Shown: piece after piece, positions 15,677 through 25,087 of the stretch
Layout of the letters: each line of letters opens with the position of its first letter
Position numbering within the stretch: the first letter of the stretch is position 1
IMG/VR virus record: IMGVR_UViG_3300014167_000006
Coordinates: 1 to 39,236 of that record
DNA: 39,236 nucleotides
Source: a virus
Taxonomy: Duplodnaviria > Caudoviricetes
Direction: 5' to 3' (one strand)
The notes under the pieces: generated by a model
What the model was told of the DNA's origin: nothing
The model's input: the letters and a program-made list of their open reading frames with translations, nothing else
Databases searched by the model: none
Made by a program: the position numbers and the translations under genes

Positions 15677-16336
15677 ATGAATTACCGTAGTGACCACATC
15701 AGATTGCTCGAGGTTTTTGCTGCCGCACTTCCAAAGAAGCCAACCTTTACGGTTGAAGCTTTGGCCAAGGCTACTTTCTCTGACATCAAGAAGAGAAAGC
15801 CAGATACTGCTTTGGATTCTGATCGAGCATGCAGAAATGCTCTCCGTAAGCCACGTGCTATGGAACATGTTGAAATTGCAGAACGTGGAGAGTACCGTTT
15901 GACTTCTTCAGGAGCAGCCTTCTGTAAGAAACTTGAGAGCTACGAAGTAGCTCCAGATAAGGTTAAAGGAAACAAAGCCAAGGTAGAGAAGGTAAAAGCT
16001 CCAAAGAAAGCAAAGGAAGCAAAGACAGCTGCCAAGACTACCGCTAAGGTCTCTAAGGCAGTCGACAAGGCTCCCGTAAAGGCTGCTAAGACATCGGAGA
16101 AGGCTGCAGCTAAAGCTCCTACAAAGATCGCAAAGGCATCGGAGAAAGACTCTAAGGAGAAGGCACCTGTAGCTGCCAAGGCTGAGAACACTAAGCCAGC
16201 GCGTAAGCGTCTCATTCCTGGGTTGAAGCCAAAGGCCGTAGAGGCTGTAGAGGCTGTAGAGGAGAAAGTTGCTCCTGTTGAGGAGGTTTCAAAAGCAGAG
16301 AAGGCTGAACCTATTCCTGCAGATCTCTCTTTGTAA
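15677..16336 (+). CDS. winged-helix plus histone-H1-like Ala/Lys tail protein
   Basis: RNALRK..GEYRLT; long KA-rich tail; RBS AAGGAG. Confidence 0.65.
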   Translation: MNYRSDHIRLLEVFAAALPKKPTFTVEALAKATFSDIKKRKPDTALDSDRACRNALRKPRAMEHVEIAERGEYRLTSSGAAFCKKLESYEVAPDKVKGNKAKVEKVKAPKKAKEAKTAAKTTAKVSKAVDKAPVKAAKTSEKAAAKAPTKIAKASEKDSKEKAPVAAKAENTKPARKRLIPGLKPKAVEAVEAVEEKVAPVEEVSKAEKAEPIPADLSL

Positions 16337-16354
16337 CAAGTCGAACTATAACTA

Positions 16355-16392
16355 AAAAGGGCTTCTTCGAAAGAGGAGGCCCTTTTCTTTTT
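16355..16392 (+). terminator. intrinsic terminator
   Basis: GGGCTTCTTC-GAAA-GAGGAGGCCC followed by T tract. Confidence 0.8.
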
Positions 16393-16401
16393 GGAGAAAC
16401 C

Positions 16402-16947
16402 ATGGCTGATGATATTGATCCAAATGCAGAGTATCAAGAGGCACTGTTAGAATATGTTGCAGCACAGAATAAGTTAAAGGAAAAGTGGCAAAGTTGTGCA
16501 AATAAAGGAACGCATCATCCTGCTATAGATGCTGTACGCTTTAGACTTCCAGATGACAGAAAAAGTATCACACATAAGGTCCACTTCAGTGTAGATGGAG
16601 AAAAGCTGGACATGTACGTTCAACCATCGTTCTTCGATGATGGTCGTTTAGGTGAGGTATTTTTGAAAGCAGACAAGCAGGGATCTTTTGTCTCTGGCTT
16701 GATTGATGGCTTGTCTATTGTTACGTCTTTAGCTCTTCAGTATGGCGTTCCTCCAGAACATATGATCGAAAAACTAAAAGGTACTTCTTCTGGTGTAGTG
16801 TTTGTGGTGGGAGGAAATCCAAAAGTTAGAATGCCAAAGAGTATATTAGACTATCTTGCTAAATACCTTGAGAGAGCAGTTCAGATTCAGAAAGGTGAGA
16901 TAGAGATGGGTGTAGTAGAGTCAAAGATTGATCAAAATGAGGGATAA
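16402..16947 (+). CDS. stand-alone TSCPD domain protein (class II RNR C-terminal-like)
   Basis: RLPDDRKSITHK..GRLGEVF..SLALQYGVP..SILDY. Confidence 0.75.
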   Translation: MADDIDPNAEYQEALLEYVAAQNKLKEKWQSCANKGTHHPAIDAVRFRLPDDRKSITHKVHFSVDGEKLDMYVQPSFFDDGRLGEVFLKADKQGSFVSGLIDGLSIVTSLALQYGVPPEHMIEKLKGTSSGVVFVVGGNPKVRMPKSILDYLAKYLERAVQIQKGEIEMGVVESKIDQNEG

Positions 16948-17022
16948 GAGTATTGTCTAGTTGAACAATGCTGTTCAATCTAGGGTTGACTCAGGAGCTG
17001 ATCTGAGTCAATCTGAAAACTC

Positions 17023-17760
17023 ATGATTGAGGAACGTATGAATCAAAATGCAGAACAAAGGGTCGAAACGTCTGTACTAACCCCAGAGCAGAGGAGACCT
17101 GCAAGAGATCCATTGTCATGGTCAGGACCTGTTGAACGGCACATGATCAAGTCTAAGCTTGAAAAGATTGCTCCTGTCGCTAGAAACCATAAGGAGAAAG
17201 ACGTATTAGCTGCTATCAAGAAAGAGGAAGAACGAGAAGACAGGGCTGCAGCAGCTAAACATGTTCTTCTTGATCGTGCAGATAAGTGGGGTCGTAAAGC
17301 CATTACACACAGTAAGACTCTCATCACTACTGAGGTGGCTAAGACAGATGCCAAGCAGAAGGAACTGCTAAAAGAGGTATCTGATGAATGTGCTCGTCGT
17401 AAGCAGCAAGTACAGGCAAAAGCCAAAAAGGAAATGGCTAGAATTCAGAAGGAATTACTTGAAGCTGAGAGCATGATCGATGAAGAAGTTCGTACTGGTC
17501 AGGCTAGCGTGCGGAGTAAATTCCAACCACGATTCTTTGTAATCACAGAGGAGGAGGCTGCTATGAGACTAAGAGATATCAGTAATACGATCAGTAATCG
17601 AGTAGCAGACTTTGCAGAGGACATCAAAGAATTCAGTCTTGACCAATTAGAAATGTTGCTAGCAGATAGACCCATCATCCTTGTTCATGATGGTGCTGAG
17701 AAAACCATTGCCGTGCCTGGCACACATAAGAAGGAGCGGGCACTGGTAGGGGAGAAGTAA
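17023..17760 (+). CDS. coiled-coil hypothetical protein
   Basis: 245-aa charged helical ORF. Confidence 0.6.
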   Translation: MIEERMNQNAEQRVETSVLTPEQRRPARDPLSWSGPVERHMIKSKLEKIAPVARNHKEKDVLAAIKKEEEREDRAAAAKHVLLDRADKWGRKAITHSKTLITTEVAKTDAKQKELLKEVSDECARRKQQVQAKAKKEMARIQKELLEAESMIDEEVRTGQASVRSKFQPRFFVITEEEAAMRLRDISNTISNRVADFAEDIKEFSLDQLEMLLADRPIILVHDGAEKTIAVPGTHKKERALVGEK

Positions 17761-17762
17761 TC

Positions 17763-18479
17763 ATGTTGGCCGGGGTGGTTGCAGCGATCATGGTCCTTGC
17801 ACCCGCCAAAGTGGTGGATACTGCTGTATTGTATGCAGACAGTATCCTCCGCCAGGCCAGCGACATAGATCCGTTGTTCATTGTAGCTACTATCCATGTC
17901 GAAACAGGTGGTAGGTGGGATAGAACACTGATCAGTAAGACCAATGACTACGGTCTTATGATGGTCCATGTTAGTCGTACTACAAATGCTTCTTACTTGG
18001 GACGAGAACAAGAACTGTTCAATCCAGATGTCAACATTCTTGTAGGCGTACAGATGCTGTCCTTCTGGAAGAAGTACCATAAGAAAAAGTGTAAAAGTGG
18101 TCACCCGTGGTGGGCACACTACCAAGCTGGTTGGGATGTAAAGTCTGAACGATATAGTAGAAAGGTTGCACGAGTGTATGCTCGTGTAAAACGTATCAGC
18201 TTCTTAGTACAGGAGGGCCGATTTGATCATAGCGATAGAGGGTCTCGATGCCAGTGGCAAAGCCACACAAGCAGCAGCTTTAGCGGAAAAGCTACAGCCA
18301 TCCACCATTATTTCTTTTCCGAGATATGGGGGTCCATTTGGTGCTGCTATTTTGGCTCATTTGAAGGAAGAGATTGTCCTGTGTCAGAGGAACAAGGAGA
18401 CTGGGGCATTGTCTATTTCACCAGAAGACGCCGTGGCATTCCAAGCCCTGATGACAATGGACAAGTACGATGCAGCTAG
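17763..18479 (+). CDS. SLT-type lytic transglycosylase-like protein
   Basis: N-terminal hydrophobic anchor; DPLFIVATIHVET, DYGLMMV, LFNPDVNI. Confidence 0.7.
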   Translation: MLAGVVAAIMVLAPAKVVDTAVLYADSILRQASDIDPLFIVATIHVETGGRWDRTLISKTNDYGLMMVHVSRTTNASYLGREQELFNPDVNILVGVQMLSFWKKYHKKKCKSGHPWWAHYQAGWDVKSERYSRKVARVYARVKRISFLVQEGRFDHSDRGSRCQWQSHTSSSFSGKATAIHHYFFSEIWGSIWCCYFGSFEGRDCPVSEEQGDWGIVYFTRRRRGIPSPDDNGQVRCS

Positions 18480-18900
18480 TGAGATTAGATCAATAGACAG
18501 ACGTGGTCATTATGTGATCTTAGATCGCTATTGGCCCTCTGCTTGTTGTTACGGAGCAGATGATGGATTGGACTTTAGTAGTATGCTACGGATCAATTCT
18601 CGTCTACCTCCAGCAGATTTGTATGTCTTGTTGGATATCTCAGTAGACAAAACGGCTGCAAGACGTCCTGAGGCAAGAGATCGATATGAGCGGGATAAAG
18701 AAAAACTTGCTCGTATTCGAAATAGATACCTATACATGTGGGATCTACAAAGCCGAGGTAACGAAGCAAACATCAAATCTAAGTGGGTAGTTCTAAATGG
18801 TCATGAAGAACCTAAAATAATCACCCAAAAGATACTGGATAATTTAACTGAGATCATAGACTTCAGGCGTAAGCTAGTTGAGTCTATGGATGTGGATTAG
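18223..18900 (+). CDS. tmk: thymidylate kinase
   Basis: IAIEGLDASGKATQ P-loop; FPRY; LDRY. Confidence 0.9.
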   Translation: MIIAIEGLDASGKATQAAALAEKLQPSTIISFPRYGGPFGAAILAHLKEEIVLCQRNKETGALSISPEDAVAFQALMTMDKYDAASEIRSIDRRGHYVILDRYWPSACCYGADDGLDFSSMLRINSRLPPADLYVLLDISVDKTAARRPEARDRYERDKEKLARIRNRYLYMWDLQSRGNEANIKSKWVVLNGHEEPKIITQKILDNLTEIIDFRRKLVESMDVD

Positions 18901-18908
18901 TGGGAGTA

Positions 18909-18936
18909 CCCAGCCCCTGACTTGAAAGGGGCTGGG
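18909..18936. terminator. hairpin between convergent genes
   Basis: CCCAGCCCCT/AGGGGCTGGG. Confidence 0.55.
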
Positions 18937-18949
18937 CTACTGTCATGAT

Positions 18950-19489
18950 TTATTCTTCGGCTCGTTTTTCTTTCTTACGATTATGACGAGCAATGTCTCC
19001 CAATGGTACTTCTAGTGGTGGAGCAACCTCTTCTGATGGAATGTGAGGGGGCTCGTTTTCAGGCTGTGTGCGCTCTGATAGAGTCACTGGAATCTGAAAT
19101 CCTCGTGGAGTTATGGACGATCTTGAACGCCATTCTCCTTTGTCATACGCGTAATCTACGACGATCACACGCTCTTCCAGAAGCGAATACTCTTCTCGTA
19201 GTCTTTGTATGACTTTGATCTCATCGTTCAGTTCTGGGTACTCATTAAAGTCATATACACGGTCGGATGGATGTGGTCTGTCAGTTACATCCATATGCCG
19301 TGTCTTGAACCTGTTGCTCCAAGTGAGCACTATTCCTCTTAGATACCCTGATGTAATATCTTTCTTCATCCTGTTTTGTTTTTTGATAAACGGAGGAAGC
19401 ATCCTCGTACCAAAACCTGTAATTTGACAGGTATAGTATTCTGTGGGTGGTTTCTCGGGTATGCCTGTCTTTGAGATGTTCGGGATCAT
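18950..19489 (-). CDS. hypothetical protein
   Basis: RBS GGAGG; promoter motif at 19538-19545. Confidence 0.6.
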   Translation of the reverse strand: MIPNISKTGIPEKPPTEYYTCQITGFGTRMLPPFIKKQNRMKKDITSGYLRGIVLTWSNRFKTRHMDVTDRPHPSDRVYDFNEYPELNDEIKVIQRLREEYSLLEERVIVVDYAYDKGEWRSRSSITPRGFQIPVTLSERTQPENEPPHIPSEEVAPPLEVPLGDIARHNRKKEKRAEE

Positions 19490-19565
19490 TATTCAGCCTC
19501 CTATCGAGAGCTTGTTGATGCTCTCTAATGTAATGTACTTATACCCTTCAAACACGGAGTATTTC

Positions 19566-20162
19566 ATGGAACAAATTGGAATCGATGAAGCTGGGGTAGG
19601 TACTCTAGCTGGTCCTATGGCTATAGCAGTGGTAGCCCTGCCTATGGAGTTGTCCTTACCTAATGTTACTGACTCAAAGAAAATGACAGATGCTTCTAGG
19701 GAGAATGCTATAGACTTGATCTATAAAGCAGCTCTCTATCGACACGTAGAATATGCCAGTGTTAAAGACATAGACGAGTTTGGAGTCTGGGAAATGTGGG
19801 ACATCTTGTGCAGAAGACTAGTGGCTGGTGTTCGCCACAAATTTCCAGACAGAAGAATTTCAGTAGATGGCAACAGAGAGCTGTCTGGCTTGACTAGAGT
19901 AACCTATATCATTGGTGGTGACTCAGCTCTTCTTTGTATCTCTGCTGCTTCAGTAATAGCGAAGTATGGTCAGTGCCTGCACATGGATGAATTGCATGGC
20001 CTTTACCCAGATTACGGATTCGATAAGCATAGAGGTTACTCCAGTGCTGAACACATCAATGCTATTAAAACACTAGGAGCTATCACAGGAGTGCATAGGA
20101 AGAAGTACGTAGAGACTTTGTCCAGTAATCAGAAGTTCAAACTGAAGTGGAGGCAACCATGA
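19566..20162 (+). CDS. rnhB: ribonuclease HII
   Basis: GIDEAG.G.LAGP, DSKK, VDG, SAASVIAK, YGFDKHRGY. Confidence 0.92.
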   Translation: MEQIGIDEAGVGTLAGPMAIAVVALPMELSLPNVTDSKKMTDASRENAIDLIYKAALYRHVEYASVKDIDEFGVWEMWDILCRRLVAGVRHKFPDRRISVDGNRELSGLTRVTYIIGGDSALLCISAASVIAKYGQCLHMDELHGLYPDYGFDKHRGYSSAEHINAIKTLGAITGVHRKKYVETLSSNQKFKLKWRQP

Positions 20163-20419
20163 GTGCTCCATTTGTATCCTGTTGGTTTGAGACTAGGACA
20201 GGAACCCATTATGAGATGCCAGATATGCTGACAGAAGACGTGGACAGGGTAATCAAATCTCTTGATCAAGGAATGGATACTATCACTGTGGTAAATATCA
20301 GTGGTGTAATAATGATCATTCCTAGAATGATACTCGTTAAAGCTGGAACAGGAAGTCGTTGTTTTTGGGAGGCATCATGCGAAAAGCTGAACCCACCGGG
20401 GGAAGACCAAAAGGGGTAA
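20159..20419 (+). CDS. hypothetical protein
   Basis: ATGA-coupled ORF with GGAGG RBS. Confidence 0.55.
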   Translation: MSAPFVSCWFETRTGTHYEMPDMLTEDVDRVIKSLDQGMDTITVVNISGVIMIIPRMILVKAGTGSRCFWEASCEKLNPPGEDQKG

Positions 20420-20649
20420 CGTGTGTGAACTGTGATGCTCTGATCACAGAAAAAAACGTGTGCATCTTTGAGACAATTATACTGTGTCTCAAGTGCTGTA
20501 AAGTAGCTGACCAGCTTGTAAGGAACTGTCGTAGAAATCTGGAGAACACAATGAACGTCTATAAGAGAATTCTTGTAGCCGCTGCCATGGAAAAGAAGCT
20601 ACACTTGCAGCATGCCAAGGCCGAAGAAAAGACCACAGTGCACGATTAG
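20377..20649 (+). CDS. Zn-finger-like hypothetical protein
   Basis: CVNC..CLKC; RBS GGAGG. Confidence 0.55.
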   Translation: MRKAEPTGGRPKGVTCVNCDALITEKNVCIFETIILCLKCCKVADQLVRNCRRNLENTMNVYKRILVAAAMEKKLHLQHAKAEEKTTVHD

Positions 20650-20830
20650 GTGCAAGCACTGTAACGCTGTAAAAGAGACAGATGACGAGAAGTATGATGT
20701 AGGACAGGAACTCATACCGTACGCAGGTGGTGGGTCATATGGGTACTGTTGGCGTTGCAAGAAGAAGGGTGTAATCGTTATTCGTGTTCCTAACTTTGAA
20801 ATCAAAAAGGCACACGGATGGAATCTGTAG
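20612..20830 (+). CDS. Zn-ribbon hypothetical protein
   Basis: CKHC..CWRC. Confidence 0.55.
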   Translation: MPRPKKRPQCTIRCKHCNAVKETDDEKYDVGQELIPYAGGGSYGYCWRCKKKGVIVIRVPNFEIKKAHGWNL

Positions 20831-21306
20831 AAAAGACAACCTCTGCAAAGATATACAAGGGAGAGCTAGTTGCTACGGCACAGCCCCCCTTGTATTCTTT
20901 TTTAGCCCCATTTTTTGCCGAAGTAGACAAGATCGATCTGTATTACTTTAAGTACATTACTCTGAAGTCGTACATTGCTTATGAGCACATGGCTGGTCAG
21001 GCTCTGTCCTACTACATGGATGGGGCAGAATTAGTGCTTGAGACGAGTGATGATGCAGGTAAACAAGTAATACAGAAGCATGTTGTGGGGTTAACTTACA
21101 TCAATGGTCGTAGTGAGATCATGAGGGGCAAGCAGACAGTCTCTTCAGTACTTTTAGCTAAGCTACGCTTTACTACACCAACACCAAACCCAATGTGGGC
21201 TACGCACATACCTGAAATCTATAAGAGATACACACTCTTATCTGAGTCTGCTAAAAAGCCTCTTGACGAGTACATACAGTGTGAGTACGCTCATAGCATT
21301 CTATGA
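20818..21306 (+). CDS. hypothetical protein
   Basis: ORF in a coupled run. Confidence 0.55.
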   Translation: MESVEKTTSAKIYKGELVATAQPPLYSFLAPFFAEVDKIDLYYFKYITLKSYIAYEHMAGQALSYYMDGAELVLETSDDAGKQVIQKHVVGLTYINGRSEIMRGKQTVSSVLLAKLRFTTPTPNPMWATHIPEIYKRYTLLSESAKKPLDEYIQCEYAHSIL

Positions 21307-21584
21307 GAGAGCCACTACCTCCTACTTCAGCAGATCAAGTACGTCCTCCACCAAAGCAGTGTCTGACACAAGACCAGCTTGATGAGTACTGGGAGCAGCG
21401 TGGCTTAAAGTACCAGGTAGATGTTCTACACAGAGCGTGTTTGAGCTATGGCATGAATGTGGCCATAGATCGCCCTAAGTTTCGATCAATGGTATACGAG
21501 ATACTTCAAAAGTTCTTCGTCATTGGTGAAGCTAAGTTGGACCCCAAGAAAGATCCGCGCCCACGGTGGCCAAAGGTTGGATAG
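21303..21584 (+). CDS. hypothetical protein
   Basis: ATGA-coupled ORF. Confidence 0.55.
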   Translation: MREPLPPTSADQVRPPPKQCLTQDQLDEYWEQRGLKYQVDVLHRACLSYGMNVAIDRPKFRSMVYEILQKFFVIGEAKLDPKKDPRPRWPKVG

Positions 21585-21586
21585 TG

Positions 21587-22630
21587 ATGGCTAAAGGTAT
21601 TACCAGTTTTACAAAACCCCCTATAGAGGTGATCAGCTCAATGAATCGTAACCTGACTCCAGAGCAGCAGATGCGTCAAGATGCATTAGATAGAGCAAAA
21701 GCTGGTGGAAGACCAGTAGGCGGTGTACCACCAGTCAAGATTCCTCCTTTAGATGCGGACCCATTGCCTGGTGGTGGAACAATGTCACAGCAGGCATCTG
21801 CTCTGTCTGACCCTACTAATCCACTCAGTCCTGCTTATAGTCCAGAGCTAGCTCAGATGGCTGCTAAGGGTGGGCCTTTTGCAGTGTTGCCTCCAGAGGC
21901 TGCAAAAGATCCAAATTTCAGGCCTGGAGTAGGCTCTATGATAGCTGCTAATCAGCCACAATTAAGAGCGCCTGCTTCTGATCGTAAACCAATTCTTCGA
22001 CAGGAGACAGTGGCAGATCTAGAGAAGCTAGCAGAGTTTCAGAAGACAGCTGAGAACATTCAGAATAAGGAGCTAAAAGCAAATGAGGAGGCTGCTGCAA
22101 AGCAAGCTGAGGCTGATGTAATTGCTGGTCCCGCTCCCTATCAGTCAGAGTTAGGCTCTGCTTTGGATGATGAAGATTGGAACATTTTGAACAATCCAAC
22201 AAGACGAAAGGAGATAGAAGCTCGTCTAACTCCACTGGGGATTGAAGACATCATTATGTATGGAGAGATTCAACAAGAAGTAGAAGTTGTTCCGGGCAAG
22301 ACTAGATACAAGTTCCGATCTACTACTGGAGAAGAAGATCTAGCCGTCAAGCGTATGATGTTTGGGGAGTCTGGTGGTGATAGATACATGTTGGACAAAT
22401 TCAGTTTGTACAATCTGACTTTGGGTATTGTTTCGATCAATAACATGAATATTCCTACCCATCTCAATGACAAGAAAAGGTTTGATGAGAGTATGTTCCT
22501 CAAGAAGTATGAAATTCTCATGAGATTCCCAGTGCAGTTGTTGGGAGATATGGCGGTTCAATACATGTGGTTTGATCAACGTGTTCGGAGATTGTTTGTC
22601 AAATCTGCTGAGGAACTAAAAAACTCCTAG
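21587..22630 (+). CDS. putative tail assembly chaperone (G-like)
   Basis: Ends at slippery A AAA AAC just before the stop; YKFRSTTGEED segment. Confidence 0.55.
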   Translation: MAKGITSFTKPPIEVISSMNRNLTPEQQMRQDALDRAKAGGRPVGGVPPVKIPPLDADPLPGGGTMSQQASALSDPTNPLSPAYSPELAQMAAKGGPFAVLPPEAAKDPNFRPGVGSMIAANQPQLRAPASDRKPILRQETVADLEKLAEFQKTAENIQNKELKANEEAAAKQAEADVIAGPAPYQSELGSALDDEDWNILNNPTRRKEIEARLTPLGIEDIIMYGEIQQEVEVVPGKTRYKFRSTTGEEDLAVKRMMFGESGGDRYMLDKFSLYNLTLGIVSINNMNIPTHLNDKKRFDESMFLKKYEILMRFPVQLLGDMAVQYMWFDQRVRRLFVKSAEELKNS

Positions 22631-23016
22631 CGACTCCGCTGGGGTGGGCTCGAGCAAACTTGCTCTACGATAAGATGTCGGAGCCTCCCGTCCCAGGCAC
22701 CATGGTGGAGTCGCTGATGCTGTTGGTATGGAAAGCTAGACAAGATATAGAGCTGTTAAAGACCAAGGCACTAGTCAACGCTGCCCTCATCGCTGGCCAA
22801 GAAGGTAGTGCAGAACGTAACAAGCTAATGCAGGAGTCTTGGACAGATTACATGGATGCTGTTTACCCAGCTAGTAAGTCTAAAGCAAAGACTCAAGATC
22901 AAAAGGCATTGGATTTTATGCACAAAGAGATCAAGAAGGGTGCACTAAGGGTTGTCCCACTAGAACCACTTACCAGGGCTGGTAAACGTAGACATGGAAG
23001 GAATCAGAAGCAATGA
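22621..23016 (+). CDS. -1 frame extension (GT-like) of 21587-22630
   Basis: Open -1 frame from the slippery site; no convincing RBS for the TTG at 22660. Confidence 0.55.
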   Translation, partial: KLLATPLGWARANLLYDKMSEPPVPGTMVESLMLLVWKARQDIELLKTKALVNAALIAGQEGSAERNKLMQESWTDYMDAVYPASKSKAKTQDQKALDFMHKEIKKGALRVVPLEPLTRAGKRRHGRNQKQ

Positions 23017-23381
23017 GTGACGTTCTACTTTGTCCAGTTTGTGGATCTGGTAAAGTCGCATGGACTAAGAGCATAAACTTTGATGTTGTTTGCCAGTCTT
23101 GTGGCTGGTTGGGTAAAGAGCAGGAGGCTGTCGCTAAACCACTTCAGATGGGTCAGGCAGAAACTATTGCTGCGACTGTCTCTATGAATTTAATGAGACA
23201 GTTGGCTGCTGAGGCTGCTTTAGCTATTGGATCAGCTATTCTTAAATCTGAGTTGATCGTAAAGAATGACAGAACTAACTTAGCTAGACTTATTAGAGCA
23301 GCAGTACAGGCAGCACATAAGGCAATTTTAGATGAGATAAGCAATATGCAACAGGAGATAAAAAATGGTAATGCCGACTGA
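23013..23381 (+). CDS. Zn-ribbon hypothetical protein
   Basis: CPVCGS..CQSCGW. Confidence 0.6.
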   Translation: MSDVLLCPVCGSGKVAWTKSINFDVVCQSCGWLGKEQEAVAKPLQMGQAETIAATVSMNLMRQLAAEAALAIGSAILKSELIVKNDRTNLARLIRAAVQAAHKAILDEISNMQQEIKNGNAD

Positions 23382-23652
23382 CGAGGAGCTTCCTTTTCTG
23401 CATAGACCAGATGATCATGAAGTAGGATCAGCTCGAGAACTATACTGCTGGCTTCCTAATTCTGGTGATAGGGAATGTAACGGAAATTGCGTGGCCTACG
23501 ATACTAGATACACATTAGATCAGAAGTTCACTCCATGTATGGCATTGAACACGCTGAGGTCTATAGGACTGTCTATAGGATTACAGGCTAATGTTGCAAA
23601 ATCAGAAGCAGCAAAGGCCAGTGCCCCTAAACCACCAAAGGTAGGATTATGA
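23365..23652 (+). CDS. Cys-rich hypothetical protein
   Basis: CW..RECNGNCVAY..C. Confidence 0.55.
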   Translation: MVMPTDEELPFLHRPDDHEVGSARELYCWLPNSGDRECNGNCVAYDTRYTLDQKFTPCMALNTLRSIGLSIGLQANVAKSEAAKASAPKPPKVGL

Positions 23653-24074
23653 GAATAGTTGGATTTGCTCAAACTATGCGTCTGGGTGTTACCGCCGAAG
23701 AGGGGTATGAGTTGAACATCCAGTTAGATGACGGTAAAGAGGTAACTATACCTACAGATCAATCTACTGTTTTGGCACTTACAAAATTGTGGGCTGAGAA
23801 CAGAAAGTCAATTAGTAGAGTGCCGACTGAAAAGATCGTAGTTCCAATGGCTTCTGTATCACCAGAACCTTTTATGCCACCCCCACCTATGGCGGAAGAT
23901 GACGTAGATGAGGGAGAAGTATTTGGAGGCAACTCAGCTGTATCTGTTTCTACAGATGAGATGGGGTACCCAGTAGTAAAGCACTACGAAAAGGAAACAG
24001 TAGCAAACTCGACGTCAGCAATGCCAATACCACGATTTCTAGAGTCCGACGACGAGGATGGGCAACAGGTATGA
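23649..24074 (+). CDS. hypothetical protein
   Basis: Coupled ORF with acidic tail. Confidence 0.55.
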   Translation: MRIVGFAQTMRLGVTAEEGYELNIQLDDGKEVTIPTDQSTVLALTKLWAENRKSISRVPTEKIVVPMASVSPEPFMPPPPMAEDDVDEGEVFGGNSAVSVSTDEMGYPVVKHYEKETVANSTSAMPIPRFLESDDEDGQQV

Positions 24075-24439
24075 CGAACGCATTACTTTTAGAGTACAGT
24101 CGCATTCCGAAGACTGTTACGTACGTAGCGGCAGTCAAACACGTATCAGTGGACGTTAATTCGAGAGAATTCATATGCCTCACTGTATTGAAGGAGATGA
24201 CTGGAGTCTCCTTGGAGAAGGTCATAGAGGAGTTGCATTACTCTACGAAAGATCTACCGCACGAACTTATCTTTATTATGCAGACTGCATATCAGGAGAA
24301 ATCAGAACGTCTTCCGAAGATGTACGAGGTAGGAGAGACACTGATGAGCTTGATTCGAAATGATCTATCCAAAGCCCAAGCGGCATTTGCACCAATAACA
24401 GATTGGAGAGGAAAGTCCCATGAGCAACCAACGCAATAG
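24071..24439 (+). CDS. hypothetical protein
   Basis: Coupled ORF. Confidence 0.5.
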   Translation: MTNALLLEYSRIPKTVTYVAAVKHVSVDVNSREFICLTVLKEMTGVSLEKVIEELHYSTKDLPHELIFIMQTAYQEKSERLPKMYEVGETLMSLIRNDLSKAQAAFAPITDWRGKSHEQPTQ

Positions 24440-24749
24440 ACTCGCGCCAGAAGCTGAAGAGCCAGATTACAAGAGCATAAGCTCTATGGCTCCTCTTGAT
24501 TTCTTCGTCGTAGGGAACATTACCGACGGCGAAGGACAAGTTACTCCTTCCAGAGTAGTTTGTCGGATCAGAGGTACACAGAAGTTCTTCTTCCCGTTTG
24601 CTAAGGGAGTAGAAGAGAACATGAGGTCTGTGGCTCCTTGGCTTCAGAAGCTTCTTGATGAGAAGGTTGGTGGTCAGATTGATCCTAAAGTTCAGCCAGT
24701 GATGCCACCAGATATAGATAAACCTATAGCTACTGGGAGTCCTCTGTAA
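24420..24749 (+). CDS. hypothetical protein
   Basis: ORF with GAGGA RBS. Confidence 0.55.
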   Translation: MSNQRNRLAPEAEEPDYKSISSMAPLDFFVVGNITDGEGQVTPSRVVCRIRGTQKFFFPFAKGVEENMRSVAPWLQKLLDEKVGGQIDPKVQPVMPPDIDKPIATGSPL

Positions 24750-25087
24750 TGAAGTTGATGAATGACTGCATCTTGGTAGCACTTGATCCAGAGTCTAACA
24801 AGATGGCTTCTGGTCTCCTATTCAAGCCTGAGAATGCTAATGAGCATGTCCTTCGCACAGCAAAAGTTGTGCAAGTAGGTCCAGGAAAATGGATAGGAGG
24901 CACAGCCATTCGAGCACCTATGGAAGTGCAACCAGGAGATGGAGTGGTGTTCATCAAGTTTGTAGCTACTCACACAGAAACAGCTAAGTCTATTCAGTCT
25001 GTGGTAGGTAAAGACTTGGCCATCATTCATCCTGAGGATATTCTTTTAGCCTTTGATCACGATAATCCACCGGAGTTCAATCAGTGA
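24749..25087 (+). CDS. groES: co-chaperonin GroES-like protein
   Basis: DCILV..ASGLL.P..AKVVQVGPG..PMEVQPGD.V.F..EDIL. Confidence 0.85.
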   Translation: MKLMNDCILVALDPESNKMASGLLFKPENANEHVLRTAKVVQVGPGKWIGGTAIRAPMEVQPGDGVVFIKFVATHTETAKSIQSVVGKDLAIIHPEDILLAFDHDNPPEFNQ

